The notes beneath the pieces are model-generated. The model did no database searches. It was not told where the DNA came from and saw only the letters and a program-made list of their open reading frames with translations. Of a stretch of 43,963 nt of DNA, positions 1 through 12,205 are shown in pieces; position 1 is the stretch's first letter; the number at the start of each line of letters is the position of its first letter. The DNA lies in the sequence record SRR20825006_2499; one strand, given 5' to 3'. A program made the translations under genes and the position numbers.

Positions 1-27
1 CGCCTTCGACCACTCGGCCACCTCTCT
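1..27 (-). tRNA. tRNA-Ser, 5' part only (truncated by window start)
   Basis: Reverse complement of 1..27 is AGAGAGGTGGCCGAGTGGTCGAAGGCG, an acceptor stem plus D-arm typical of bacterial tRNA-Ser. The anticodon lies outside the window. Confidence 0.8.
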
Positions 28-97
28 ATATTACATATAGCTTTAGAGTGCCAAATAACGAATTTTTTTTTAGTTCTTAAAATTTATGTAGTTAATT

Positions 98-1117
98 TTA
101 ATTCATCTCGCCTCTTAAAGACGTTTCATATATGGTTTTGAACACTTTAGCTTGAATATTATTCCCAAGTAAATACATTAATTTTGTAATTGCAGCCTCT
201 GTTGTAATATCTTTCCCGTTAATTACACCCGCTTTTTTTAGGTGAGAACTCGTTTCATACTGTCCCATTATCACACTTCCTCCAGAACATTGTGTAACAT
301 TTACAATTATTTTTCCCGATTTAATAGCTTTTTTTAACAAATCGTCAAACCATTTCTCGGTAGGAGCATTACCCGCTCCGTAAGTTTCTAATACTATAGC
401 TTTTGTAGTTGGGTTTGTTAATAAGCAACCTAAAGTATTTTCATTAATGCCAGGAAAAAGCTTTACTAAAGCAATATTCGCATCCATTTGTTTATGAACC
501 TTCAACTTCTTTCGAGTTGACTTCAATAAATATTCATGATGCACTTTTAAATGAACTCCGCTTTCTGCAATTGCGGGGTAATTTAAAGAAGCAAACGCCT
601 GAAAATGCTCTGCATTTATCTTGGTCGTTCGGTTAGCTCTGTACAGTTTATATTCAAAATACAAGCATACTTCTCTAATAACGGCACTGCCATTTTGTTT
701 TAATGAGGCAATTTGAATGGAAGTAATTAAATTCTCCTTCGCATCGGTTCTTAAATCTCCTATTGGAAGCTGAGACCCTGTAAAAATTACAGGTTTAGAT
801 AGATTTTCAAGCATAAAACTTAAAGCCGAAGAAGTATAACTCATGGTATCACTTCCATGAAGCACTACAAAACCATCGTAAGTTTCATAATTTCTCTCGA
901 TTACTTCTACAATCTGAACCCAAGAATCTGGATTCATATTTGAAGAGTCTATAGGTTCTTCAAAAGAAATGGTATCAATATTACAATCTAAAAGAGACAA
1001 TTCTGGAATTCGTTTTAACAATTCGTCAAAATTAAATGCATGGAGAGCTCCTGTTTCAAAGTCTTTCACCATCCCAATAGTTCCTCCTGTATAAATAAGT
1101 AAAATTTTAGCTTGCAC
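98..1117 (-). CDS. ansA: L-asparaginase type I (cytoplasmic)
   Basis: YTGGTIGM and HGSDTM catalytic Thr motifs, TGSQLP, no signal peptide; GTG start overlaps the upstream stop. Confidence 0.93.
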   Translation of the reverse strand: MQAKILLIYTGGTIGMVKDFETGALHAFNFDELLKRIPELSLLDCNIDTISFEEPIDSSNMNPDSWVQIVEVIERNYETYDGFVVLHGSDTMSYTSSALSFMLENLSKPVIFTGSQLPIGDLRTDAKENLITSIQIASLKQNGSAVIREVCLYFEYKLYRANRTTKINAEHFQAFASLNYPAIAESGVHLKVHHEYLLKSTRKKLKVHKQMDANIALVKLFPGINENTLGCLLTNPTTKAIVLETYGAGNAPTEKWFDDLLKKAIKSGKIIVNVTQCSGGSVIMGQYETSSHLKKAGVINGKDITTEAAITKLMYLLGNNIQAKVFKTIYETSLRGEMN

Positions 1118-2246
1118 TTACTTTATATTTTAAATGGTTTGTAACTGGGTGAGCATACATTCTTAAAAAATTTTCCAATTCAATTTTATCCCCTATTTGG
1201 ACACGACGTTTAATCCGTCTTTTAAATTGACGCTTTTCTTTGTCTGAATAAAATTCTGAAAACTTAGTTGTATTATTGAGCAAATCATAAGCTAAATAGT
1301 TAGAAGGCCATAGCTTATAGTTTTTATATATTTCGGCATCAATAGTATCTGCCAACATTTGAAACTGCTTATTATTTGGCTCTCCACTATTCTTAATTTC
1401 ATCTAATTCGGCAGAAAAAACTTTCCCTGCAGAAATATGAATATGTCTTTTCCTTCCAGTAATTCCTTTTAAAATACTATTAAAATCTTCATTATTAGAC
1501 TTTACATATTCTATTTCTTTATGCTTCGCCATTAATTCTGGCATCTTCAACACATCTGTTGGGTCGTATTCATAAGAAATAGAAATAGGAACTATTTTAA
1601 GCTTTTTAAAATAATCCATCACTTGGTCTTCATCATTTGCGAGCGCTAACATTTTCAAAACCCCTTGTTGGGTTTGATCATCTCCATTTTTTGTTCTCCC
1701 CTCTCGTTGCGCTATCCAAATAGACCTTTTTTCTTTCTGAAGTGAATTGCTTATATAAGAAGATACTAATTTTGAACTTTTCAGCATTTCTCGAGGCGAT
1801 AAATCTCTTTTAATAATGAAGCTTCTATTTAGTCTAGACAATGCCATTAAAAAAGGTTTTTTTACCAAATTGTCTCCAATTGCCGAAGCTGTCATTACCA
1901 AATCATGTTCGTACAAGGCAACATTTAATAAAGAAGTATCTAAAATTATATCTCGATGATTGGATATAAAAAGATAAGATTCTCCTTTTTCTAGCTTCTC
2001 AAAACCATCTGTAGAAAAACCTTCGGAGCTCTTTTCGAGCACCATTCTAATACTGTTATATATTATTTTACTCTGAAAATCTCTTATTGAATGACAACTT
2101 TCTGCTATTGCCATAATCTCCTCCATATTCTTGTTGGGGAAAGTAAATTGAAGCATCGCCAAAACCATAGGATGCTCCATAAATTTCAAAAGGGCATCGT
2201 TGACTTCAGAATCGTAATAAGGTCTTATATCGTCTATTGTAATCAC
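1107..2246 (-). CDS. Glycerolipid acyltransferase (PlsC-like superfamily)
   Basis: NHRDIILD (HX4D) and QREGRTKNG acyltransferase motifs; GTG start. Confidence 0.85.
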   Translation of the reverse strand: MITIDDIRPYYDSEVNDALLKFMEHPMVLAMLQFTFPNKNMEEIMAIAESCHSIRDFQSKIIYNSIRMVLEKSSEGFSTDGFEKLEKGESYLFISNHRDIILDTSLLNVALYEHDLVMTASAIGDNLVKKPFLMALSRLNRSFIIKRDLSPREMLKSSKLVSSYISNSLQKEKRSIWIAQREGRTKNGDDQTQQGVLKMLALANDEDQVMDYFKKLKIVPISISYEYDPTDVLKMPELMAKHKEIEYVKSNNEDFNSILKGITGRKRHIHISAGKVFSAELDEIKNSGEPNNKQFQMLADTIDAEIYKNYKLWPSNYLAYDLLNNTTKFSEFYSDKEKRQFKRRIKRRVQIGDKIELENFLRMYAHPVTNHLKYKVSAS

Positions 2247-2307
2247 TCGGACTCTATGTTTAATGGCAAAAAAACAAAATTTAGTTCACTTTAACCGTAA
2301 AAGCTTG

Positions 2308-3075
2308 TTAAACTCCAAATACCTCTTTAGAATTATTAGTGGTAATGGTAACTATTTCTTTTAGAGAGGTATTATATATGTCTACCAATTTTCCTGCAAC
2401 TTCTGTTAAATACAAACTTTCATTACGTTTACCCCTATAGGGTGTAGGCGCCAAATAAGGAGCATCTGTTTCCAAAACAATTTCTGTAAGCGGAATTTCA
2501 TTTAAAAAAGTATCAATCTTTCCATTTTTAAAAGTTACAACACCACCAATTCCTAATTTCATATTATAAGAAATAGCTCGTTTTGCTTGCTCTAATGTAC
2601 CGGTAAAACAATGGAAAATCCCGAAAAGGTCTTCTCCCTTTTCACTTTCCAATACTTCAAATACTTCATCAAAGGCATCTCTACAATGAATTATAATTGG
2701 AAGTTTATATTTTTTGGCTAACTGGATTTGATATTTAAAAGCCTCTTGTTGCTGCTTTAAAAAAGTTTTATCCCAATATAAATCTATTCCTATTTCTCCA
2801 ATAGCATAAAAACTTCTTCTTGCCAATAACTCTTCAATATGCTTTAATTCTTCCTTATAATTTTCTTTTACATGCGTTGGATGTAATCCCGTCATTAAAA
2901 AAACATTTTTGGGATATGCTTTTTCCAACTCCAACATGGCTTGCGTATAGGTAGAATCGATAGCAGGGATAAAAAAACGTTCAATTCCTGCATCTAGTGC
3001 TCTTTGGATCATAGCATCTCTATCTTCGTCAAAAGCCTCACTATATAAATGAGTATGTGTATCTGTTAAAATCAT
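2308..3075 (-). CDS. tatD: TatD family DNase/hydrolase
   Basis: DTHTH, GLHP, GEIGID, HCR, HCF and LETDAPYL motifs. Start reassigned to ATG 3075 (MILTDTHTH); the longer ORF-track start overlaps the divergent gene. Confidence 0.93.
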   Translation of the reverse strand: MILTDTHTHLYSEAFDEDRDAMIQRALDAGIERFFIPAIDSTYTQAMLELEKAYPKNVFLMTGLHPTHVKENYKEELKHIEELLARRSFYAIGEIGIDLYWDKTFLKQQQEAFKYQIQLAKKYKLPIIIHCRDAFDEVFEVLESEKGEDLFGIFHCFTGTLEQAKRAISYNMKLGIGGVVTFKNGKIDTFLNEIPLTEIVLETDAPYLAPTPYRGKRNESLYLTEVAGKLVDIYNTSLKEIVTITTNNSKEVFGV

Positions 3076-3079
3076 GGCG

Positions 3080-3087
3080 CAAAAATA
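3080..3087 (-). promoter_or_regulatory. Bacteroidetes sigma-A -7 element for tatD
   Basis: TATTTTTG on the minus strand matches TAnnTTTG, 4 nt before the ATG. Confidence 0.6.
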
Positions 3088-3101
3088 ACAGTTTAAACGG
3101 C

Positions 3102-3109
3102 TATATTTG
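3102..3109 (+). promoter_or_regulatory. Bacteroidetes sigma-A -7 element for the retropepsin gene
   Basis: TATATTTG matches TAnnTTTG, 18 nt before ATG 3128. Confidence 0.6.
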
Positions 3110-3127
3110 CATAAAACTGAAGAGATA

Positions 3128-3568
3128 ATGCAAAGTTTAAAAAAATTCTTGTTAGCAAAAGGATATATAAAAACCCCACTTACCCTCACCAAAACAAATC
3201 ATTTTGAAGTAGTTGCAAAAATTAATGGTATTACTGGTAGATTTATTCTAGACACAGGCGCTTCTAATACTTGTATTGGTTTTGACTGCATTGAACATTT
3301 TAATTTAGAAACCGAGGCTTCCGAAGTCAAAGCAGCGGGTGCTGGAGCAACAAATATGTTAACACAGGTTTCTAAAAAAAATACTTTGGAGGTGGAATCT
3401 TGGAAACTCAAAAAGCTCAAAATCGTACTTTTTGATTTAACACATGTAAATTCTGCACTTACTATTCATGATGCCCTTCCCGTTCATGGGATTATTGGTG
3501 CAGATGTTCTAAAAAAGGCCAAAGCTGTAATAGACTATAACAAAAAAACATTATTTTTAAAGTCTTAA
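3128..3568 (+). CDS. Retropepsin-like (clan AA) aspartic protease
   Basis: FILDTGAS catalytic motif and GIIGAD C-terminal motif. Start reassigned from TTG 3107 to ATG 3128. Confidence 0.85.
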   Translation: MQSLKKFLLAKGYIKTPLTLTKTNHFEVVAKINGITGRFILDTGASNTCIGFDCIEHFNLETEASEVKAAGAGATNMLTQVSKKNTLEVESWKLKKLKIVLFDLTHVNSALTIHDALPVHGIIGADVLKKAKAVIDYNKKTLFLKS

Positions 3569-3580
3569 AAACCAACTAGT

Positions 3581-5599
3581 TTGAAACCTAAGACTTTATT
3601 AACTACACTACTATTTTTTATAGTAGCACTGATTAATGCGCAAGAAAATATCAGCAATTTTGTGAAAGCATTAGACTCAGCGCAAAACGAAACTATAAAA
3701 CTCCAAGTCTTAGACTCCATTATTAATAAGATAGACAAACAAGCTTATACAGATACGTATGTTACCTATACCAAAGATTATATTTCTATAGCTGAAAAGT
3801 TAGAAATGTATGACAAAATGATTGCTGCCTCTGTTAAAGTATTTTACTACATCAATAACATCCAAAACCATAAAGACGACGCTCTAAAAGTTGTTCTAAA
3901 TGCTGAAAAATATTTAAATAAAACCAAAGATTCTTTTCTACTTGGAAGTGTTTACTTAAAGAAAGGTGGCGCTTATTATGATATAGATTTTAAAAAAGCA
4001 GCCGAAAATTACGCTAAAGCTATTTTAAATTTTGGAATAAAAGATTCCATTTACGTAGCCGACTCATACCTATTTAAAGGGCAATCCGAAGCTTATCAAG
4101 GAAACTTCTTACAAGCTATTAAAGATTACAAAACCGCATCTATGTATTATGAGTCTCTTGGAGACGTGGAATATGTTATTCTAGCCAAAAGTGGAGTTGC
4201 AACTGTTTATGGAATGAATAAATTTTATGAGCAAGCTGAAAAAGCTGAAGACGAAGTAATTGCCTACGCAAAAGAGAACGATAAAGCAGATGCAATTGTA
4301 AGTACTCTTTACAACAAAGCCATACATTATAAAGAATTAAAAAACCCAAAACGACAAGAAGAATTACTATTAGAGGCTGAAAAAATTAATAAAGAAGCCA
4401 ATAATAATGATGTTTACAGCAGCATATATATTGAAACTTCACTAACAAAACTTTATGTAAACATCAATCAACTCAATAAAGCACGTCAACATTTTGCTAT
4501 TATCGAAGACCTTAAAGAAGATATTGTAAATGAAAAACAATTAATGAATCATTACAAAATTGCGAAAGTTGCAATTTTAGAAGGCGAAAAAAAATACGAG
4601 GAAGCCATTGCTTTACTGAAAGAAGTTATTCTTTTTTCTGAAGAAGGAAAAAGTAACGACCATTTAGTTGATTTAAAAGAACAATTAGCACAACTCTATA
4701 ATAAAACTGGAAACACCACTGCTTCATACAAAGCTTTTCAAGAATACAACACTCTAAAGGATTCTTTATTTAATGTTCAAAAAACCAACGCCCTCACCTA
4801 TTACCAAACACTGTACGAAACAGAGAAAAAAGAGAAAGAATTAGTAACAAAAAACGCCTCAATTGAAGCTTTAAAGGAAGAAAACCAGGCCAAGAAACGA
4901 CTTCTAGGCTTTTCTATAGCTGGATTAAGCTTACTGTTTTTATGTGTTTTCCTATACAGAAACAAACAACATTTAAAAAAATCGAAAATCCAGCAGGAAG
5001 ATTTTAGTCAGCAATTATTATTATCTCAAGAAGAAGAACGAGAACGTATTTCTAAAGATCTTCATGACGGAGTAGGTCAAAGTTTACTTCTGATAAAAAA
5101 TAAAGTAGCTTTAAATACAGATGAAAGCACTAGAACAATGTTTAATAACGCCATTGAAGAAGTACGTTCTATTTCTAGAGCACTCCATCCTTTTCAGTTA
5201 GAAAAATTAGGAATCACAAAAGCAATAAAAAATACAATTAGAGACGTAGACGAACACACAGATATCTTTATTTCTTCCAATATTGACGATATTTCAAATA
5301 CACTTACCAAAGACCAAGAATTAAATTTATACAGAATTGTTCAAGAAACACTTTCCAATATTGTAAAACATGCTAATGCGGAAGCTGCAAAAATTTCTGT
5401 AATAAAAGAAAGCAAACGCATTCTTATTGTTATTAAAGACAATGGGGATGGTTTTGACTTTTCAGAAAGGTATAATGATTTTAAATCGCTCGGACTAAAA
5501 ACACTTCGAGAGCGAACCAAATATTTAAAAGGAACTATGAAAGTTGATTCAGAAAAAAATAAAGGAACTACTTTCTCATACATTATTCCAATAGCATGA
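3581..5599 (+). CDS. TPR-repeat sensor histidine kinase (HisKA_3 type)
   Basis: Signal peptide (INA|Q), TPR-like helical repeats, TM segment, H-box ERERISKDLHDGVGQ, N-box ETLSNIVKHA, G1 DNGDGF. Confidence 0.9.
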   Translation: MKPKTLLTTLLFFIVALINAQENISNFVKALDSAQNETIKLQVLDSIINKIDKQAYTDTYVTYTKDYISIAEKLEMYDKMIAASVKVFYYINNIQNHKDDALKVVLNAEKYLNKTKDSFLLGSVYLKKGGAYYDIDFKKAAENYAKAILNFGIKDSIYVADSYLFKGQSEAYQGNFLQAIKDYKTASMYYESLGDVEYVILAKSGVATVYGMNKFYEQAEKAEDEVIAYAKENDKADAIVSTLYNKAIHYKELKNPKRQEELLLEAEKINKEANNNDVYSSIYIETSLTKLYVNINQLNKARQHFAIIEDLKEDIVNEKQLMNHYKIAKVAILEGEKKYEEAIALLKEVILFSEEGKSNDHLVDLKEQLAQLYNKTGNTTASYKAFQEYNTLKDSLFNVQKTNALTYYQTLYETEKKEKELVTKNASIEALKEENQAKKRLLGFSIAGLSLLFLCVFLYRNKQHLKKSKIQQEDFSQQLLLSQEEERERISKDLHDGVGQSLLLIKNKVALNTDESTRTMFNNAIEEVRSISRALHPFQLEKLGITKAIKNTIRDVDEHTDIFISSNIDDISNTLTKDQELNLYRIVQETLSNIVKHANAEAAKISVIKESKRILIVIKDNGDGFDFSERYNDFKSLGLKTLRERTKYLKGTMKVDSEKNKGTTFSYIIPIA

Positions 5600-6234
5600 T
5601 GAATCCATCCATTATAACTGCAGATGATCATCCGTTTCTATTAAAAGGTCTCAATGATTTTTTAATTGAGAACAAGTATAACATTTTAGATAGCGCTCAG
5701 GACGGAAACACAGCATACAATTTAATTGTAAAACACAAACCCAATATTGCTATTTTGGATATTGAAATGCCAAAAATGACAGGACTTGAAGTAGCTTTAA
5801 ACTGTAAAAAGAATAATATAAAAACTAAAATTATTCTTATTACCCTACACAAAGAACCGGATCTTATTTATCAAGCAAAAGAACTCAATGTAGAAGGATA
5901 TATTTTAAAAGAATTTGCCATTGAGGAAATTAAGCTTTGCATTGAAGAAATCTGTCAAAACAGAAGGTACTACAGTCCAATTATACTTCATAAAACAAAG
6001 TCTTTACAACTAAGCAAAGATGATATCCTAGCCATTTTCACTCCTTCAGAAATAAAAATACTTCGATTAATTGCTAAAGAAAAAACAAACAGGGAGATTG
6101 CCGAAATGCTTTTTATCTCCATAAGAACCGTTGAGAAACACCGAAGTAATATTATAAACAAACTAGAAATACCCCATAAAACCAACGCCTTATTACTTTG
6201 GGCAATAGAAAATCAAGAACTTCTTCTAAAATAA
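5596..6234 (+). CDS. NarL/LuxR-family response regulator
   Basis: ADDH, ILDIEMP (phospho-Asp), YILK, LuxR HTH (TNREIAEMLFISIRTVEKHRSNI); ATGA overlap with the kinase stop. Confidence 0.92.
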   Translation: MMNPSIITADDHPFLLKGLNDFLIENKYNILDSAQDGNTAYNLIVKHKPNIAILDIEMPKMTGLEVALNCKKNNIKTKIILITLHKEPDLIYQAKELNVEGYILKEFAIEEIKLCIEEICQNRRYYSPIILHKTKSLQLSKDDILAIFTPSEIKILRLIAKEKTNREIAEMLFISIRTVEKHRSNIINKLEIPHKTNALLLWAIENQELLLK

Positions 6235-6235
6235 T

Positions 6236-6253
6236 ATACGAGTAAGTACGTAT
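6236..6253. promoter_or_regulatory. Inverted repeat, candidate response-regulator operator
   Basis: ATACG-N8-CGTAT right after the regulator stop, followed by a TAGCTTTA -7-like box at 6276..6283. Confidence 0.45.
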
Positions 6254-6312
6254 TCCATTTATTACAAACATAGTGTAGCTTTATAACTCATAATCAACCT
6301 AATACCGAAGTA

Positions 6313-6423
6313 ATGATACCACTCTATGTTATAAAAAAGATTCCTACCTTATTATTATTCCTCCTCATATTTTTAATTGCAATAGCGCTATTTATTAACA
6401 TTTACTGTCTTTTAACACTATAA
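6313..6423 (+). CDS. Putative 36-aa single-TM micro-protein
   Basis: Hand translation: MIPLYVIKKIPTLLLFLLIFLIAIALFINIYCLLTL. Absent from the ORF track (short). Confidence 0.4.
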   Translation: MIPLYVIKKIPTLLLFLLIFLIAIALFINIYCLLTL

Positions 6424-6527
6424 ACGATAGTATTTGTAATTCATCCTAGATAAATAGGGTAATATTCCCTTTGAAATAACTCATTAAATTATAGAATTTT
6501 ACCAAACCAACTAATAATGAAATGATT

Positions 6528-6644
6528 ATGAAGACTGACATCCAGCAGCAAAAAAATTCAAACGACATTCACTTAGCCATAACTATTGTAAGTTTAGCTA
6601 TGATTACTTTCCTTCTAAATTTATTTTTGGTTTTATCAATTTAG
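6528..6644 (+). CDS. Putative 38-aa single-TM micro-protein
   Basis: Hand translation: MKTDIQQQKNSNDIHLAITIVSLAMITFLLNLFLVLSI (alternative ATG at 6522). A-rich leader; ends 30 nt before a strong hairpin. Confidence 0.45.
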   Translation: MKTDIQQQKNSNDIHLAITIVSLAMITFLLNLFLVLSI

Positions 6645-6674
6645 AATTCCGATATATTAGCCAACCAAAATGAA

Positions 6675-6705
6675 AAACGCCCAACTGAAATTCAGTTGGG
6701 CGTTT
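6675..6705. terminator. Intrinsic terminator of sucAB, probably bidirectional
   Basis: Perfect 15-bp inverted repeat AAACGCCCAACTGAA-A-TTCAGTTGGGCGTTT with a U-tract on the minus strand. Confidence 0.85.
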
Positions 6706-6727
6706 CCAATTCTATAAAACTTATATT

Positions 6728-7954
6728 TTATAACTCTAAAGCTTTCTTAACATTACCGTCCATCAATAATTCTTCTGGACTTTCTAATGCTTCTTTTACG
6801 GCTACTAAAAATCCTACAGATTCTTTCCCGTCAATAATACGATGATCGTAAGATAAAGCCACGTACATTATTGGAGCAATTGCAATAGCACCATCTCTAG
6901 CAATTGGTCTTTCTACAATATTATGCATCCCAAGGATTGCACTTTGCGGCGGATTAATAATTGGAGTAGACAACATAGAACCAAACACCCCTCCATTGGT
7001 AATTGTAAAAGTACCTCCAGTCATTTCGTCAACTGTAATTTCTCCTTCACGAGCTCTTATTGCTAATCTTTTAACTTCTGCTTCAACACCTCTAAAGCTT
7101 AAATTCTCTGCATTTCTAATTACAGGAACCATCAAACCTTTTGGTCCAGAAACCGCAATACTAACATCACAGAAATCATAACTTATCATTTCTTTGCCAT
7201 CAATCATGGAGTTAACAGCAGGATACATTTTTAATGCACGTACAACTGCCAATGTAAAGAAACTCATAAAGCCTAGACCTACTCCATGTTTCGATTTAAA
7301 TTCGTCTTTGTACTGCTTACGCAATTCAAAAATCGGACTCATATCTACTTCATTAAATGTAGTTAGCATAGCCGTTTCATTTTTTACAGAAACCAAACGC
7401 TCTGCCACTTTACGTCTAAGCATTGATAATTTTTTACGCTCACTACCACGACTTCCAGTACTTGGAGTCCCCATAGATGGAGTAGCTTTTACGGCATCGT
7501 CTTTAGTAATTCGGCCGTCTTTTCCAGTACCTTTTACCTCTTTAGGATCTACTCCTTTTTCGGCTAGTACTTTTTTAGCTGCCGGACTTGCAGTACCGCT
7601 AGCATATGTTTCTTTTTTCTCCGGAGCTTTTTCAGCTGGAGCAGCTTTTTCTTCTTTTTTAGGCGCTTCTTTTTCTTCCTTTTCGGCTGATGCATCTTCA
7701 CCACCCGCTGGTTTCTCTGCAGAAGTGTCGATTAAACAAACTACTTCTCCAACAGCTACCGCATCTCCTTCTTCAGCTTTAAGTGTAATTATTCCACTTG
7801 CCTCTGCAGGCAACTCTAAAGTAGCCTTATCAGAATCTACCTCAGCAATTGCTTGATCTTTCTCAACATAATCTCCATCCTCAACTAGCCATTCCGCTAT
7901 CTCTACTTCTGTTATCGATTCCCCAGGAGAGGGAACTTTCATTTCTAAAACCAT
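6728..7954 (-). CDS. sucB: 2-oxoglutarate dehydrogenase E2 (dihydrolipoyllysine succinyltransferase)
   Basis: Lipoyl domain (DSDKATLE), E3-binding [10 protein letters not shown], catalytic YDHRIIDG. Confidence 0.97.
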   Translation of the reverse strand: MVLEMKVPSPGESITEVEIAEWLVEDGDYVEKDQAIAEVDSDKATLELPAEASGIITLKAEEGDAVAVGEVVCLIDTSAEKPAGGEDASAEKEEKEAPKKEEKAAPAEKAPEKKETYASGTASPAAKKVLAEKGVDPKEVKGTGKDGRITKDDAVKATPSMGTPSTGSRGSERKKLSMLRRKVAERLVSVKNETAMLTTFNEVDMSPIFELRKQYKDEFKSKHGVGLGFMSFFTLAVVRALKMYPAVNSMIDGKEMISYDFCDVSIAVSGPKGLMVPVIRNAENLSFRGVEAEVKRLAIRAREGEITVDEMTGGTFTITNGGVFGSMLSTPIINPPQSAILGMHNIVERPIARDGAIAIAPIMYVALSYDHRIIDGKESVGFLVAVKEALESPEELLMDGNVKKALEL

Positions 7955-8008
7955 TGTTCTTTATTTTAGTTTTATATTTTATTGTCTAATTCTATTATAA
8001 ATATACTC

Positions 8009-10801
<2,793 letters not shown>

Positions 10802-10837
10802 GTTTTCTTTTCACTGTCTCTTTAGACAAAATTTATA

Positions 10838-10845
10838 CAAAAGTA
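10838..10845 (-). promoter_or_regulatory. sigma-A -7 element for sucAB
   Basis: TACTTTTG on the minus strand, 36 nt upstream of the sucA ATG. Confidence 0.6.
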
Positions 10846-10904
10846 CAATATTTGAGAAAATTGATACATAGTTTTAATATATTTATAAGATAAAAATTAC
10901 TGAT

Positions 10905-11447
10905 ATGCATATTTATAACAAGTCCTGTTTCAAAAAATACATCTTCGCTCTCTTAATGTTAGGAATTACTCAATTTGCTACTGCTCAAATGACGCAAAAT
11001 TACAGAAGTCCTAATTTTTGGGACAATGTACGTTTTGGTGGCGGATTAGGATTAGGGTTTGGAAATGACTTTTTTAGTGGTTCTATAACTCCAAGTGCCA
11101 TTTATCAAGTAAATGATAAGTTTGCAACTGGTGTTGGTTTAAACTTTACTTATACCGACGATCGTAATTATACAGCTACTGTTTTTGGAGGAAGCGTACT
11201 CGGTTTTTATAGCCCAATTAGAGAGATTCAACTTTCAGCAGAATTTGAAGAACTTCATGTAAACAGAAAATATGAATATGACGGAATCCCAGATTTTAGA
11301 AACGAATATTGGTATCCAGCACTGCATCTTGGTGCAGGTTACAACACAGGACCTGTAACTATAGGAGTACGGTATGATGTTTTATATGATGATGACAAAA
11401 GTATTTACGGAACACCTTTCATGCCTTTTGTAAGAGTTTATTTTTAA
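10905..11447 (+). CDS. Small outer-membrane beta-barrel protein, function unknown
   Basis: Signal peptide (ATA|Q), alternating Gly/aromatic strands, C-terminal VRVYF beta-signal. Confidence 0.7.
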   Translation: MHIYNKSCFKKYIFALLMLGITQFATAQMTQNYRSPNFWDNVRFGGGLGLGFGNDFFSGSITPSAIYQVNDKFATGVGLNFTYTDDRNYTATVFGGSVLGFYSPIREIQLSAEFEELHVNRKYEYDGIPDFRNEYWYPALHLGAGYNTGPVTIGVRYDVLYDDDKSIYGTPFMPFVRVYF

Positions 11448-11472
11448 TCAGAAGCAAAAAAATAGGACGAAA

Positions 11473-11512
11473 AAAAGCCCTCTTCTTTAACCATAAAAAG
11501 AAGAGGGCTTTT
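11473..11512. terminator. Bidirectional intrinsic terminator
   Basis: AAAAGCCCTCTTCTTT...AAAGAAGAGGGCTTTT between convergent genes. Confidence 0.85.
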
Positions 11513-11547
11513 AAAAAATGCAAAATCTAAGTAAATAATTTTAATTT

Positions 11548-12195
11548 TTATAATGACCAAGCACGACCACCAGTAGCTTCTTCTACTGGCATGCAGCCAT
11601 TATACACCCCAGGAATAGGATCATAAGCCAATACTTCTTCCCCTATTTTCTGACTGTTTTTAAAGGCGTTTATTGTTGACCAACGTAAATCGTTTATCAT
11701 ACCAAAAGCAAGTGCTTCATTGTCTTCTACCTTATTTTCGGTAGTTCCAATTTCCACTTCATTCCCTTCAATACTAATACGTTTGTTTAGATCTTTCTTT
11801 TTATCTTCAGAAACTTTAAGATTTGCAGCTACAATCTCCTCATATTGTTCTGGAGTTATATCATTTAAATCTTCATTATAAGTTGCTTTTAACTGATTTA
11901 CCAAACCTGCCATTCTTTTACGGTAGCGAGCTTGCGCTTCATCAGACTCTACTTCTTTAACATACTTGTCTATAAATTGAGGTACATTAACTTGAGAAGC
12001 AGATGGTGTATCTGTTTCAGGAATAATTACATCTACAATATTTGTAAGTGCAACTCCTTCTTCTGGTGTAAAAAACTCAGGAACCCAAGTTGCTTTATCG
12101 GCAGTGCAGCTTTGCAACATGCTTAAAAGCGTAGGTGTTGCTACAACAAAACCTGTAGTTAAACCAATATTTCTAAGTGCTCTTCTTCTGTCCAT
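11548..12195 (-). CDS. Gluconate 2-dehydrogenase subunit 3 family (small partner of the GMC flavoprotein), Tat lipoprotein
   Basis: MDRRRALR twin-arginine motif, LQSC lipobox, IIPETDTPSA and YDPIPG motifs; directly downstream of the GMC gene. Confidence 0.85.
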   Translation of the reverse strand: MDRRRALRNIGLTTGFVVATPTLLSMLQSCTADKATWVPEFFTPEEGVALTNIVDVIIPETDTPSASQVNVPQFIDKYVKEVESDEAQARYRKRMAGLVNQLKATYNEDLNDITPEQYEEIVAANLKVSEDKKKDLNKRISIEGNEVEIGTTENKVEDNEALAFGMINDLRWSTINAFKNSQKIGEEVLAYDPIPGVYNGCMPVEEATGGRAWSL

Positions 12196-12205
12196 AATAT
12201 GTTTT

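Noticed and set aside
3076-3192. N-terminal extension of TatD in the ORF track
   Set aside because: The family begins at MILTDTHTH; the extension overlaps the divergent gene and both promoter boxes.
7194-7856. 220-aa plus-strand ORF
   Set aside because: Lies entirely antisense to sucB and reads as its codon mirror, with no motifs.
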